Shown: positions 15,786 to 23,231 of the stretch, in pieces
Position numbering within the stretch: the stretch's first letter is position 1
How the letters are laid out: the number at the start of each line of letters is the position of its first letter
NCBI RefSeq assembly: GCF_000196555.1
Contig: NC_015067.1
Coordinates: forward strand, 600,001 to 632,000
DNA: 32,000 bases
DNA from: Bifidobacterium longum subsp. longum JCM 1217
Lineage (GTDB): Bacteria > Actinomycetota > Actinomycetes > Actinomycetales > Bifidobacteriaceae
Direction: 5' to 3'
The notes under the pieces: model-generated
Told to the model about the DNA's origin: nothing
Database searches by the model: none
The model's input: only the letters and a program-made list of their open reading frames with translations
Made by a program: the position numbers and the translations under genes

Positions 15786-16994
15786 CTACCGTCCTGAGGC
15801 ATGTGCCAGCGAATACGTAGTGGACTTGGCGTGCGTATGACGTTCGATCTTGCCGCTCAACTCCAGCTGGTCCAAGAGCTGCGTCATCTGATCCTTGTTC
15901 AGGCCAAGCGCTTTCTGCATGGTTTTACGGCTGAGCTTCACACCGCGGAACGCGAGGAAATTGAGCGTGAACTGTTCCAACGTTTGAGGCGACGGTTCCA
16001 GCGTTGCCGTATCAAGCGGGCGGGTACTGGCCTGATCGTCACCGTCCGGGCGTTCGCCGAATCCACTGCCGAGAATCAGCGTCTGCAGTGGCGCGCAGCC
16101 GATGATGCGTGCGCCGGCCAAAGCATCTGCGGCGTTATCCGTCATGCGCTGAATCGTGGGGAATGAGTACATTTTGGCATGCTGTGCTTCGTCAGTGGTG
16201 CTGGGCGCGGCGGAAGCATCGGCATCGGTCCGATGCGAGGACGCGGCCTCGGCCGATACAGGGATAGGCAGTACCATTGCCACCGAAGTGGGGCCCACGC
16301 GCAGTTGCGGACTGACCGCGCTCTGCGCGTAGGCGTCCATAATGCGTTGAATGCCGGTACCGCAGTTCTCGCAGAGGCCCAAATCGGCGAACAATTCAGC
16401 CAAACGCGGGGTGCGTGGCTGGCATACGCCGTTGAGTAGATCGTTGATTTCCAAACCATCGGTCAGGCCGCCGAGCGACACGATTTCCAAGCGGGAATCG
16501 AAGATATTGATCAGTGTGGGGCCGGAGTACGTGTAATCGCGATGTTCCAGTGCGTTGACCAATGCTTCGCGCAGGGCTATGGCCGGGTATTGGCCGGATT
16601 CGTTGATGCCGTTCAGCAGGGCGCTGGCTTGGTCGAGCTGGCGCAGCACCGAGCCGGTGAATGTGTGACGTTCGCGAATGGCGTTTTTGCCATTGCCCTC
16701 GAAAATGGTGGCCTTGATAACGAACGGGCATTGGTTGGACAGCAGGGTGGCAAGCGACGATTCGGTGGTGCTGGTGAAGGTGTTGTTGGTGCCGGTGTTG
16801 GTGATGCTGCCGGCGGGGACATTACCGGCATCGGCAGAGACGGATGCAGCCATGTTGGTCACAACCGGGCTTTCCCAATCCTTGCCTTCACTGGCAAAAC
16901 GATCCTGTGCGTATGTGAAAGTGAGCTCACCGCTATCGCCTGCGACGGTCTGGCCCGATGCGGCGTGATCTACGTTGCTCTCCGTTGTCCCCAT
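15786..16994 (-). CDS. Putative transcriptional regulator with HATPase_c_4 (RecG-like C-terminal) domain and C-terminal wHTH
   Basis: ALREALVNALEHRDYTYSGPTLINIFDSRLEIVSLGGL and ENCGTGIQRIMDAY are characteristic of the ATP-dependent-DNA-helicase-RecG-like/Schlafen-associated regulator family. The C-terminus (KTMQKALGLNKDQMTQLLDQLELSGKIER) looks like a winged helix. The N-terminal roughly 100 aa are low-complexity rather than an AlbA_2 domain. Confidence 0.72.
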   Translation of the reverse strand: MGTTESNVDHAASGQTVAGDSGELTFTYAQDRFASEGKDWESPVVTNMAASVSADAGNVPAGSITNTGTNNTFTSTTESSLATLLSNQCPFVIKATIFEGNGKNAIRERHTFTGSVLRQLDQASALLNGINESGQYPAIALREALVNALEHRDYTYSGPTLINIFDSRLEIVSLGGLTDGLEINDLLNGVCQPRTPRLAELFADLGLCENCGTGIQRIMDAYAQSAVSPQLRVGPTSVAMVLPIPVSAEAASSHRTDADASAAPSTTDEAQHAKMYSFPTIQRMTDNAADALAGARIIGCAPLQTLILGSGFGERPDGDDQASTRPLDTATLEPSPQTLEQFTLNFLAFRGVKLSRKTMQKALGLNKDQMTQLLDQLELSGKIERHTHAKSTTYSLAHASGR

Positions 16995-17070
16995 ATCGCC
17001 GATGGTACCGGTGCAAGCCGACGTTACGCCGAGGTGTTTTACACCCCTACGGCTAGACTTACACGAGTTT

Positions 17071-17144
17071 GGCCCCGTAGCTCAGCTGGATAGAGCATGT
17101 GACTTCTAATCTCAAGGTCGACGGTTCGAGCCCGTCCGGGGTCA
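17071..17144 (+). tRNA. tRNA-Arg, anticodon TCT
   Basis: Manual cloverleaf:
- acceptor GGCCCCG/CGGGGTC (one G-T pair)
- D arm GCTC-AGCTGGATA-GAGC
- anticodon arm TGTGA-CTTCTAA-TCTCA (anticodon TCT)
- variable loop AGGTC
- T arm GACGG-TTCGAGC-CCGTC
- discriminator A
CCA is not encoded. Confidence 0.93.
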
Positions 17145-17153
17145 CGATGTAAT

Positions 17154-17197
17154 AAGCCCTTGGTCCCTCATCGTTTGTGAGGGGCAGGGGCTTTTGA
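17154..17197 (+). terminator. Intrinsic terminator downstream of tRNA-Arg
   Basis: Nested stems AAGCCC/GGGCTT (17154-17159/17188-17193) and CCCTCA/TGAGGG (17165-17170/17178-17183) are followed by TTTT. Confidence 0.6.
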
Positions 17198-17234
17198 ATA
17201 TTATGCCGGTCTGGGTCCGTCTGGAGCCTGAACT

Positions 17235-17264
17235 GTCGACCTTGAGATTAGAAGTCACATGCTC
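17235..17264 (-). repeat. Perfect 30-nt inverted copy of tRNA-Arg positions 17093-17122 (partial pseudo-tRNA on minus strand)
   Basis: GTCGACCTTGAGATTAGAAGTCACATGCTC is the exact reverse complement of GAGCATGTGACTTCTAATCTCAAGGTCGAC. That segment covers the D-stem 3' side, the anticodon arm, the variable loop and the start of the T stem. Similarity decays immediately outside the 30 nt. Confidence 0.85.
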
Positions 17265-17368
17265 ATCACCACCATCCGGGAACACCCTTAAGGGGTGCGT
17301 CTCCTGCATAACGGCTATACTCTGACTTGAGATGTGCTGAATAATAACCAGCTATCGCGCGTCCGCCA

Positions 17369-18151
17369 ATGGCGACGAACGAGGGAAGAAGGCCCGTGCC
17401 ACGAGCAATCATCGAGGTAAGAAACCTACGCAAGGAATACCCCGTCGAGGATGAGACGGTGGTGGCGCTTGACCGTGTCAATCTCAGTATCCCGCAAGGC
17501 CAGATCTGCTGCATTTTCGGCGAATCCGGCTCCGGCAAATCCACGCTGCTCAACCAGTTGGCCGGCATGGAAAAACCGACGCGCGGCGGCGTGAGAATCG
17601 GCGGCGTACCCGTCAGCAAACTCGACGAGCGTGAGCTGGCGGCCTTCCGCCAGAAGCATCTTGGCTTCGTATTCCAGTCGTACAACCTGCTGCCCAATCT
17701 GACCGCGCTCGAAAACGTGGCAATGCCGCTGATGTTCCGCGGCGTGCCCAAGGAACAGCGCGAACGTGCGGCGCGTGGCGTGCTCACAAGGGTCGGTCTG
17801 GGACATCGTCTCAGCCATTACCCGCGCCAGATGTCGGGCGGCCAACAGCAGCGCGTCGGCATCGCCCGGGCGTTTGTGACCAAGCCCGAGGTGGTGTTCG
17901 CCGATGAGCCGACCGGCAACCTTGACTCCAAAACCAAAACCGAGGTCATGACGATGATCTGCGCATTCGCCCATGACTTCAACCAGACCATCGTGCTGGT
18001 CACACACGATCCGCAGATGGCCTCATACGCCGACCGCATTGTCACCTTGCTCGATGGCCGCATCACCAGCGATCGGCTCAACACCGACCTTTCCCGCCCA
18101 ACTGTTCCGTCCACGCCGTCCGCCCAAAGAACCCAAGGAGTTGACCGATGA
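17369..18151 (+). CDS. ABC transporter ATP-binding protein (MacB/LolD/FtsE-like)
   Basis: Walker A GESGSGKST, signature LSGGQQQRVGIARA, Walker B VVFADEPTGNLD and H-loop VTHD. The start is ATG 17369, or GTG 17396 preceded by GAGGGAAGAAGG. Confidence 0.92.
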   Translation: MATNEGRRPVPRAIIEVRNLRKEYPVEDETVVALDRVNLSIPQGQICCIFGESGSGKSTLLNQLAGMEKPTRGGVRIGGVPVSKLDERELAAFRQKHLGFVFQSYNLLPNLTALENVAMPLMFRGVPKEQRERAARGVLTRVGLGHRLSHYPRQMSGGQQQRVGIARAFVTKPEVVFADEPTGNLDSKTKTEVMTMICAFAHDFNQTIVLVTHDPQMASYADRIVTLLDGRITSDRLNTDLSRPTVPSTPSAQRTQGVDR

Positions 18152-19314
18152 AGCACCTCTCCCACCGCACCATCGCCATCATCGTCGCGTTGCTCTCCAC
18201 GCTGTCACTGGCACTTGCCGTCATCTCCCTTCCGCACCAGGCGTACGCAGTCGACGGCACAGACGGCACAAGCGGCACGAACAGTACGTCTCAGGGAAGC
18301 GACGGCGATTCCGCGCCAATCGCCGGCCCGGTGCCGAACATCATCGTCACCAACTTCACCTATGGCGGCGATTCCGTGGCCGCCGGCGCCGATTTCAACC
18401 TCGACTTCACCTTCCAGAACATGGGTCAGGTGGCGGTGACGAACATGGTCATCACCGTGGACGGCGGCGAGAGCTTCGCCATCGCGGGAGGCACGAACAC
18501 GTTCTACGTCGACGCGCTGTGGGGCGGTTACGCCATGACGCAAAGCGTGCCGATGCAGGCGCTCGCCTCCGCGAAAAGCGGTGCCCAGCCCGTGACCGTG
18601 AACTTCCGATACGAGTATGTGGACGCCAGCGCCCGCTCCTCAAGCCAGTCCGATGTCAAGATTTCCGTGCCGATCAGTCAGCCTGACCGGTTCGAAATCA
18701 GTGATCCCGTAGTGCCCGACCAGGTGATCGCCGGTCAGGAAAACACGGTCACGATGGAATATGTGAACAAGGGCAAAGGCGATATCGCCAACGTCGAGGC
18801 CACGATGGAGGGCGAAGGTTTCGATGCCACGATGAAAACCCAGTACGTGGGCAATGTGGCTTCCGGCGCCACCGGCACGATTGGTTACGCCTTTACGCCG
18901 CACGCGTCAGGCGAGCTGAAGACCACGCTCAAAGTCACGTACGAGGATTCCGACGGGCAGACCAAAACCAAGGAATTCCCGCTCGCCATACCCGTAACCG
19001 ATATGCAGCCGGTGGATGATTCCGACATGGCCGATCCGAACATGGACCAGAGCGCCAATCAGGGATTGCCGGTGCTGGTGTATGTGGTCATCGTCGTGAT
19101 CGCCGTGGTCATTATCGTGGTGATTGTGCTGCTCGTGCGTCGCCGGCGCAAGCAGAAGGCCAAGAAGAACGATATTGATGAGGACTGGGATGATTGGTCC
19201 GAAGGCAAGGATGATAAGACCGATACCGACGTGACGGATGGTGCTGCGGCAGACACCGCTCCTATTGCACCAGCCTCACCAGCCTCACCGGCCGGCCCGT
19301 CCCACAAGGCCTGA
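18148..19314 (+). CDS. Secreted, C-terminally membrane-anchored protein with two CARDB/DUF11-like beta-sandwich repeats
   Basis: The start overlaps the upstream stop (ATGA), implying translational coupling. An N-terminal signal peptide (IAIIVALLSTLSLALAVISLPHQAYA) is followed by two roughly 100-aa repeats. A C-terminal TM (LPVLVYVVIVVIAVVIIVVIVLLV) is followed by RRRRKQKAKK and an acidic tail. There is no LPXTG motif. Confidence 0.7.
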   Translation: MKHLSHRTIAIIVALLSTLSLALAVISLPHQAYAVDGTDGTSGTNSTSQGSDGDSAPIAGPVPNIIVTNFTYGGDSVAAGADFNLDFTFQNMGQVAVTNMVITVDGGESFAIAGGTNTFYVDALWGGYAMTQSVPMQALASAKSGAQPVTVNFRYEYVDASARSSSQSDVKISVPISQPDRFEISDPVVPDQVIAGQENTVTMEYVNKGKGDIANVEATMEGEGFDATMKTQYVGNVASGATGTIGYAFTPHASGELKTTLKVTYEDSDGQTKTKEFPLAIPVTDMQPVDDSDMADPNMDQSANQGLPVLVYVVIVVIAVVIIVVIVLLVRRRRKQKAKKNDIDEDWDDWSEGKDDKTDTDVTDGAAADTAPIAPASPASPAGPSHKA

Positions 19315-19325
19315 AAGGCCCGACC

Positions 19326-20885
19326 ATGCGATTCGGCGACATACTGCGGCTTTGCAGACAAAACCTATGGCGGCGTAAATCCCGTACGATTCTGACCGTG
19401 CTGGGCGTTATCGTCGGCTGCTGCTCGATTGTGCTCATGGTCTCTTTGGGCCAGGGCATTAACGAGCAGAACGAGAAGATGCTCAAATCGATGGGCGATC
19501 TGTCCATCGTCACCGTGTACACCAACGGTTATGCCGGTCCGATGGGCGGTGGCGGTTCGTCCGAGATGGGCGATACCAAGCTCGACGACAAGGCCGTGGA
19601 ATCCTTCCGCGCGATGAGCGGCGTATCCGGCGTGACGCCGATGATGAACTTCCCTTATAACGTGACGGCCAGAGCCGGCGCGGGCGGCCGTTACCTCTAC
19701 GATTACGTGCAGATCATGGGCATCGACATGACCCAGTTCGACCAGATGGGCTACAAGCTCGTCGGTGGCGAGAAGCCGGTCAAAAAGGATCAGGTGCTTG
19801 CCGGCGAATGGTTCGCCTATGGTTTCATGGACACCCTGAAGAACGGCGAACAACGCACCAGCACACGCGGCGGTCAGTATTCCTCATGCACGTTTGACCA
19901 GACCACCGGCCAGTGCGAGGAAGACCAGGACGAGGATCCGTTCTTCGATCCGCTCGCCACGCAAATCAGTCTGACCACCGGCACCAATTATCAGGGCGAC
20001 CAGTACACCATGAACATGTACGGCGGCGGTGGCGGCACAGGCGGTGCGGGTGGCAACACCGCGGGTCAGTCGGAAAACGTCACCTTTGATGTGCGGGCTT
20101 CCGGCATTGTGGCGGGCGACTACAACAAAGGCTATGCCACCTCCGACGGTCTGGTCATGGATTTGCAGGCGTTGAAGGAACTGGCCGCCAAAGTCGATCC
20201 AGCCGCCGCCAAAAAAGCCACCGCCTATAATCAGGTGCTGGTCAAGGCCGCCGACCTCAAGTCCGTGCCCGAAGTCGAATCACAGATCAAAGCGTTGGGC
20301 TACGAGACCTCCTCCTATGAAGACATGCGTAAGTCGTTGGAAGAACAGTCGCGCGCGATTCAGCTGATTCTGGGCGGTATCGGTGCGGTTTCGCTGTTGG
20401 TTGCGGCCATCGGCATCGCCAACACAATGGTTATGTCCGTAACCGAGCGCACGCGCGAGATCGGCATTATGAAGGCGCTTGGCTGCTACGTTCGTGACAT
20501 TCGCGTCATGTTTCTTGCGGAGGCCGGCGCGATCGGATTCTTCGGCGGATTGGTCGGCTGCGTGCTGAGCGGACTGATATCGCTGGGCATCAACGTTGTC
20601 GGCGCGTTGTATGCGGGCGGCATGAGCGGCGGCATGTCTGGCGGTATGGTCAGCGGTGCAGGCGGGGGCTCCGGCGACGGTACCGGTGGCGGAACATCTA
20701 TCTGGACCATACTCTGGCAGGCGATAGTTGGTGGCGAGAATGTGACCCGTTATTCGGTGATTCCGTGGTGGCTGTTCCTGTTCGTCGTACTGTTTTCCAC
20801 GCTGATCGGCTTGCTGTTCGGCTTCGGCCCGGCCAATAAAGCCGTTAAAATCCCGGCCCTAGACGCCATCAAAAACAACGAGTGA
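19326..20885 (+). CDS. ABC transporter permease, FtsX/MacB family
   Basis: N-terminal TM (RTILTVLGVIVGCCSIVLMVSLG), a large extracytoplasmic domain, and an FtsX domain (LLVAAIGIANTMVMSVTERTREIGIMKALG). It begins 11 nt after the preceding gene. Confidence 0.88.
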   Translation: MRFGDILRLCRQNLWRRKSRTILTVLGVIVGCCSIVLMVSLGQGINEQNEKMLKSMGDLSIVTVYTNGYAGPMGGGGSSEMGDTKLDDKAVESFRAMSGVSGVTPMMNFPYNVTARAGAGGRYLYDYVQIMGIDMTQFDQMGYKLVGGEKPVKKDQVLAGEWFAYGFMDTLKNGEQRTSTRGGQYSSCTFDQTTGQCEEDQDEDPFFDPLATQISLTTGTNYQGDQYTMNMYGGGGGTGGAGGNTAGQSENVTFDVRASGIVAGDYNKGYATSDGLVMDLQALKELAAKVDPAAAKKATAYNQVLVKAADLKSVPEVESQIKALGYETSSYEDMRKSLEEQSRAIQLILGGIGAVSLLVAAIGIANTMVMSVTERTREIGIMKALGCYVRDIRVMFLAEAGAIGFFGGLVGCVLSGLISLGINVVGALYAGGMSGGMSGGMVSGAGGGSGDGTGGGTSIWTILWQAIVGGENVTRYSVIPWWLFLFVVLFSTLIGLLFGFGPANKAVKIPALDAIKNNE

Positions 20886-23058
20886 TCGCCTCTGTCACCT
20901 GCTCCACCGTTAGTCCATAACGTTCGTTCAGTTCGCCCAGCGGCACGCGGTCGGTAAATTCCTTGGCTGCGCCGAAGTTCAGCACATGAGGATTACGGCT
21001 GCCGTCCGAGACATGATGATTCGCATAATATGCGGTCACTTTCTCGCCCCAGCCGCCTTCAAGCTGCCCGTCTTCAAGGGTGATGACCTGCTGGTGGCCA
21101 TCACGCAACGACTCCAGTACGTCTGAATCCAGCGACGTGCACTGGCGCGGGTCGATAACCGTTGCCGTGATGCCATAATCGGCAGACAATGCGGCGGCCG
21201 TCTGCTCCGCCAACGGATACGCATTGCCCAGTCCGATAATCGCGACGTGCGAGCCCGTCTGATTGACCCGCCAATCCAGCATGTGACGCACACCGGCACG
21301 CTGAGCCGTTACGCTAACGGTCCCGCGGACTGTTGCGGCAGATATGCCCCCGCTGGCGGAGCTGACGGAGACTGGCAGCGAAGTTGACTGGGGGCGGTCA
21401 GCGATCTGCCCACCCGTCACCGGCAGCAGCGTCGCATCCCGTTCCGCCGCCAGAATCGCCTCGCCCGGCACTCGAATCACCGCCGGACCAGCAGGGGCGT
21501 CCGCCGAACCGGCCGGCGCGGTAGCCCATGCCAGATCAGCCAGATAGTCGCGAGCCGAAGTCGGCACCAGCATCGTAACCCCTGGAATATTGGAGAACAT
21601 CGTCACGTCATATGCGCCGGAATGCGTATTGTCCGAACCGGACAGGCCGCCCAGAAAATCAAGTACCGTGACCCGCGAACGGTTCAGGCTCATCTCCTGG
21701 AAGAACTGGTCGTACGCGCGCTGGAAGAAGGACGCCGTGGTGGCCACCACCGGCGTGCCACCCGCCCGTGCGATGCCGGCAGCGTACGCCACGGCATGCG
21801 ATTCGGTGATGCCCGTGTCCACGTAATGTGCGCCCGCGCGCTCTCGGAACTCATGGGTGATGCCGTTCGAGCCCGGCGTGGCGGGGGAGATGACCACGAG
21901 TCCTGGCTCGGCGGCGAAACGCGGTTCGAGCGCGGCCATCGCCATTTTGCCGTAATGCTTGCGCGGATCGTCCGGCTTGCCGATTGCGGCATCCGGATTC
22001 TGCCAATGCGAGGCCTCGCACTGGCCTTCATGTGGTTCATGGTCGGACAGGTTGCAGTGATCCGAATGCCACGGCTCGCTGTGGTTCACGTTATCGGTGG
22101 GGTGCACGCCGGTGGGGGAGTCGAGTGAGACCGGTAAGGTCGAGGCGTTTTGTTGATTGGCGTGAGTCTCCTCACTGTCATATCCCGCGCCCTTCAACGT
22201 ATGAATATGGACCACCACCGGATGATCGATGCCGCGCACCTCTTCGAAGGCCGAGACCAGCGCGGCGACGTCGTTGCCGGATTCCACGTACCGGTAATCC
22301 AAGCCAAACGCGTTGAACAGATTCGGCTGGGCGGTGCCACCGGACGCGCGCAGGCGGGCGAGCGGACCGTACATGCCACCGAAATCGCCGGCAATCGACA
22401 TCTCATTGTCGTTGAACACAATGATGAGATTGCCGCCCTGCTCAGCCGCGTTGTTCAGTCCTTCAAACGCCACGCCCGAACTCAGCGAACCATCGCCGAT
22501 CACGGCGATCACATTGCCGATGCCGCTGTTCGGGCCTTCCATATCGCGGGTTTTCGCCAAACCGCAAGCCAATGAAATCGAGGTACCGGTGTGACCGAGC
22601 ACGAACTGGTCGTGTTTGCTTTCGTCCGGATTGGTGAAGCCGGTCACCTCGCTGAAACGGTCCGGGTCCAGATAGGCGGCGGCGCGGCCCGTGAGCATTT
22701 TATGCACGTAGCTTTGGTGGGATACATCGAACACGATGCGGTCACGTGGCGAATCGAATACGCGGTGCAGGGCCACCGTGGCCTCCACCATGCCCAGATT
22801 GGAGCCGATATGACCGCCGTGTTGGTGGCCATATGCCAGCAGCGTGGTGCGAATCTCACGGCAGAGTTCGGCGAGCTCGTTGGGGGCAAGGGCCTTGACA
22901 TCGGCCGGGCTGGCAATGCGGCTCAGCAGATGGGAGTCGTCGCCATGGGAAGGGGTAATGCTCGGGGGTATGTCGTGAAGGCGTGCGGTCCTCTCGGCAG
23001 CGCCGGAGACGGCGAAGGAATCGCTTGAATCAAATCCGTTTCCTGACGCGCTGCGCAT
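20869..23058 (-). CDS. dxs: 1-deoxy-D-xylulose-5-phosphate synthase-like thiamine-diphosphate enzyme (divergent, with insertions)
   Basis: The N-terminal half aligns by eye with DXS: GGHIGSNLGMVEATVALHRVFDSPRDRIVFDVSHQSYVHKMLTGR and GDGSLSSGVAFEGLNNA...VFNDNEMSI. The pyrimidine-binding domain has ITESHAVAYAAG and a diverged DFLGGLSGSDNTHSGAYD in place of DRAG.VG.DG.TH.G.FD. ATG 23058 (preceded by GAAGGGAG) is preferred over track start 23250. The 3' end overlaps the convergent permease gene by 17 nt. Confidence 0.78.
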   Translation of the reverse strand: MRSASGNGFDSSDSFAVSGAAERTARLHDIPPSITPSHGDDSHLLSRIASPADVKALAPNELAELCREIRTTLLAYGHQHGGHIGSNLGMVEATVALHRVFDSPRDRIVFDVSHQSYVHKMLTGRAAAYLDPDRFSEVTGFTNPDESKHDQFVLGHTGTSISLACGLAKTRDMEGPNSGIGNVIAVIGDGSLSSGVAFEGLNNAAEQGGNLIIVFNDNEMSIAGDFGGMYGPLARLRASGGTAQPNLFNAFGLDYRYVESGNDVAALVSAFEEVRGIDHPVVVHIHTLKGAGYDSEETHANQQNASTLPVSLDSPTGVHPTDNVNHSEPWHSDHCNLSDHEPHEGQCEASHWQNPDAAIGKPDDPRKHYGKMAMAALEPRFAAEPGLVVISPATPGSNGITHEFRERAGAHYVDTGITESHAVAYAAGIARAGGTPVVATTASFFQRAYDQFFQEMSLNRSRVTVLDFLGGLSGSDNTHSGAYDVTMFSNIPGVTMLVPTSARDYLADLAWATAPAGSADAPAGPAVIRVPGEAILAAERDATLLPVTGGQIADRPQSTSLPVSVSSASGGISAATVRGTVSVTAQRAGVRHMLDWRVNQTGSHVAIIGLGNAYPLAEQTAAALSADYGITATVIDPRQCTSLDSDVLESLRDGHQQVITLEDGQLEGGWGEKVTAYYANHHVSDGSRNPHVLNFGAAKEFTDRVPLGELNERYGLTVEQVTEAITRCF

Positions 23059-23231
23059 ACCCTCGAATCTCCCTTCGCTAGTCTTTCCGAAGTTGAATGC
23101 TAACGCCCGGCATTGTCCGAGGTCCACATGACGAAGCAATGCCCCCAACATCTCCGTAAATGGGTGATTCGTTCGCTGCGCGATGTGGGACAATGAATGC
23201 GGTAATTCCTTTTGATACCAAGGAGCGCGCA

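Noticed and set aside
17123-17234. Invertible promoter switch (inverton) bounded by the 30-nt inverted repeats
   Set aside because: Inversion would replace the T arm and acceptor 3' strand of tRNA-Arg(TCT) with unrelated sequence and destroy the tRNA. No invertase or recombinase gene is nearby. I keep it only as a testable alternative in the finding, not as a call.
17235-17264. T-box-like leader sensing tRNA-Arg upstream of the ABC operon
   Set aside because: I could find no T-box conserved elements: no specifier loop architecture, no T-box sequence, no antiterminator or terminator pair. A 30-nt perfect duplex is not how T-boxes read tRNA. A -10-like TATACT at 17314-17319 would also place the fragment upstream of the operon transcript.
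15786-17368. Integrated mobile element or prophage at the tRNA-Arg gene
   Set aside because: There is no integrase, excisionase or phage/IS gene on either side, and no direct repeat of the tRNA 3' end within the window. Flanking genes have the same GC and codon style as the rest.
23059-23231. TPP riboswitch upstream of the DXS-like gene
   Set aside because: The reverse-strand leader lacks the CUGAGA and ACCUGAUCUGGAUAAUGCCAGCG-like TPP aptamer signatures. This is more likely just a divergent promoter region.
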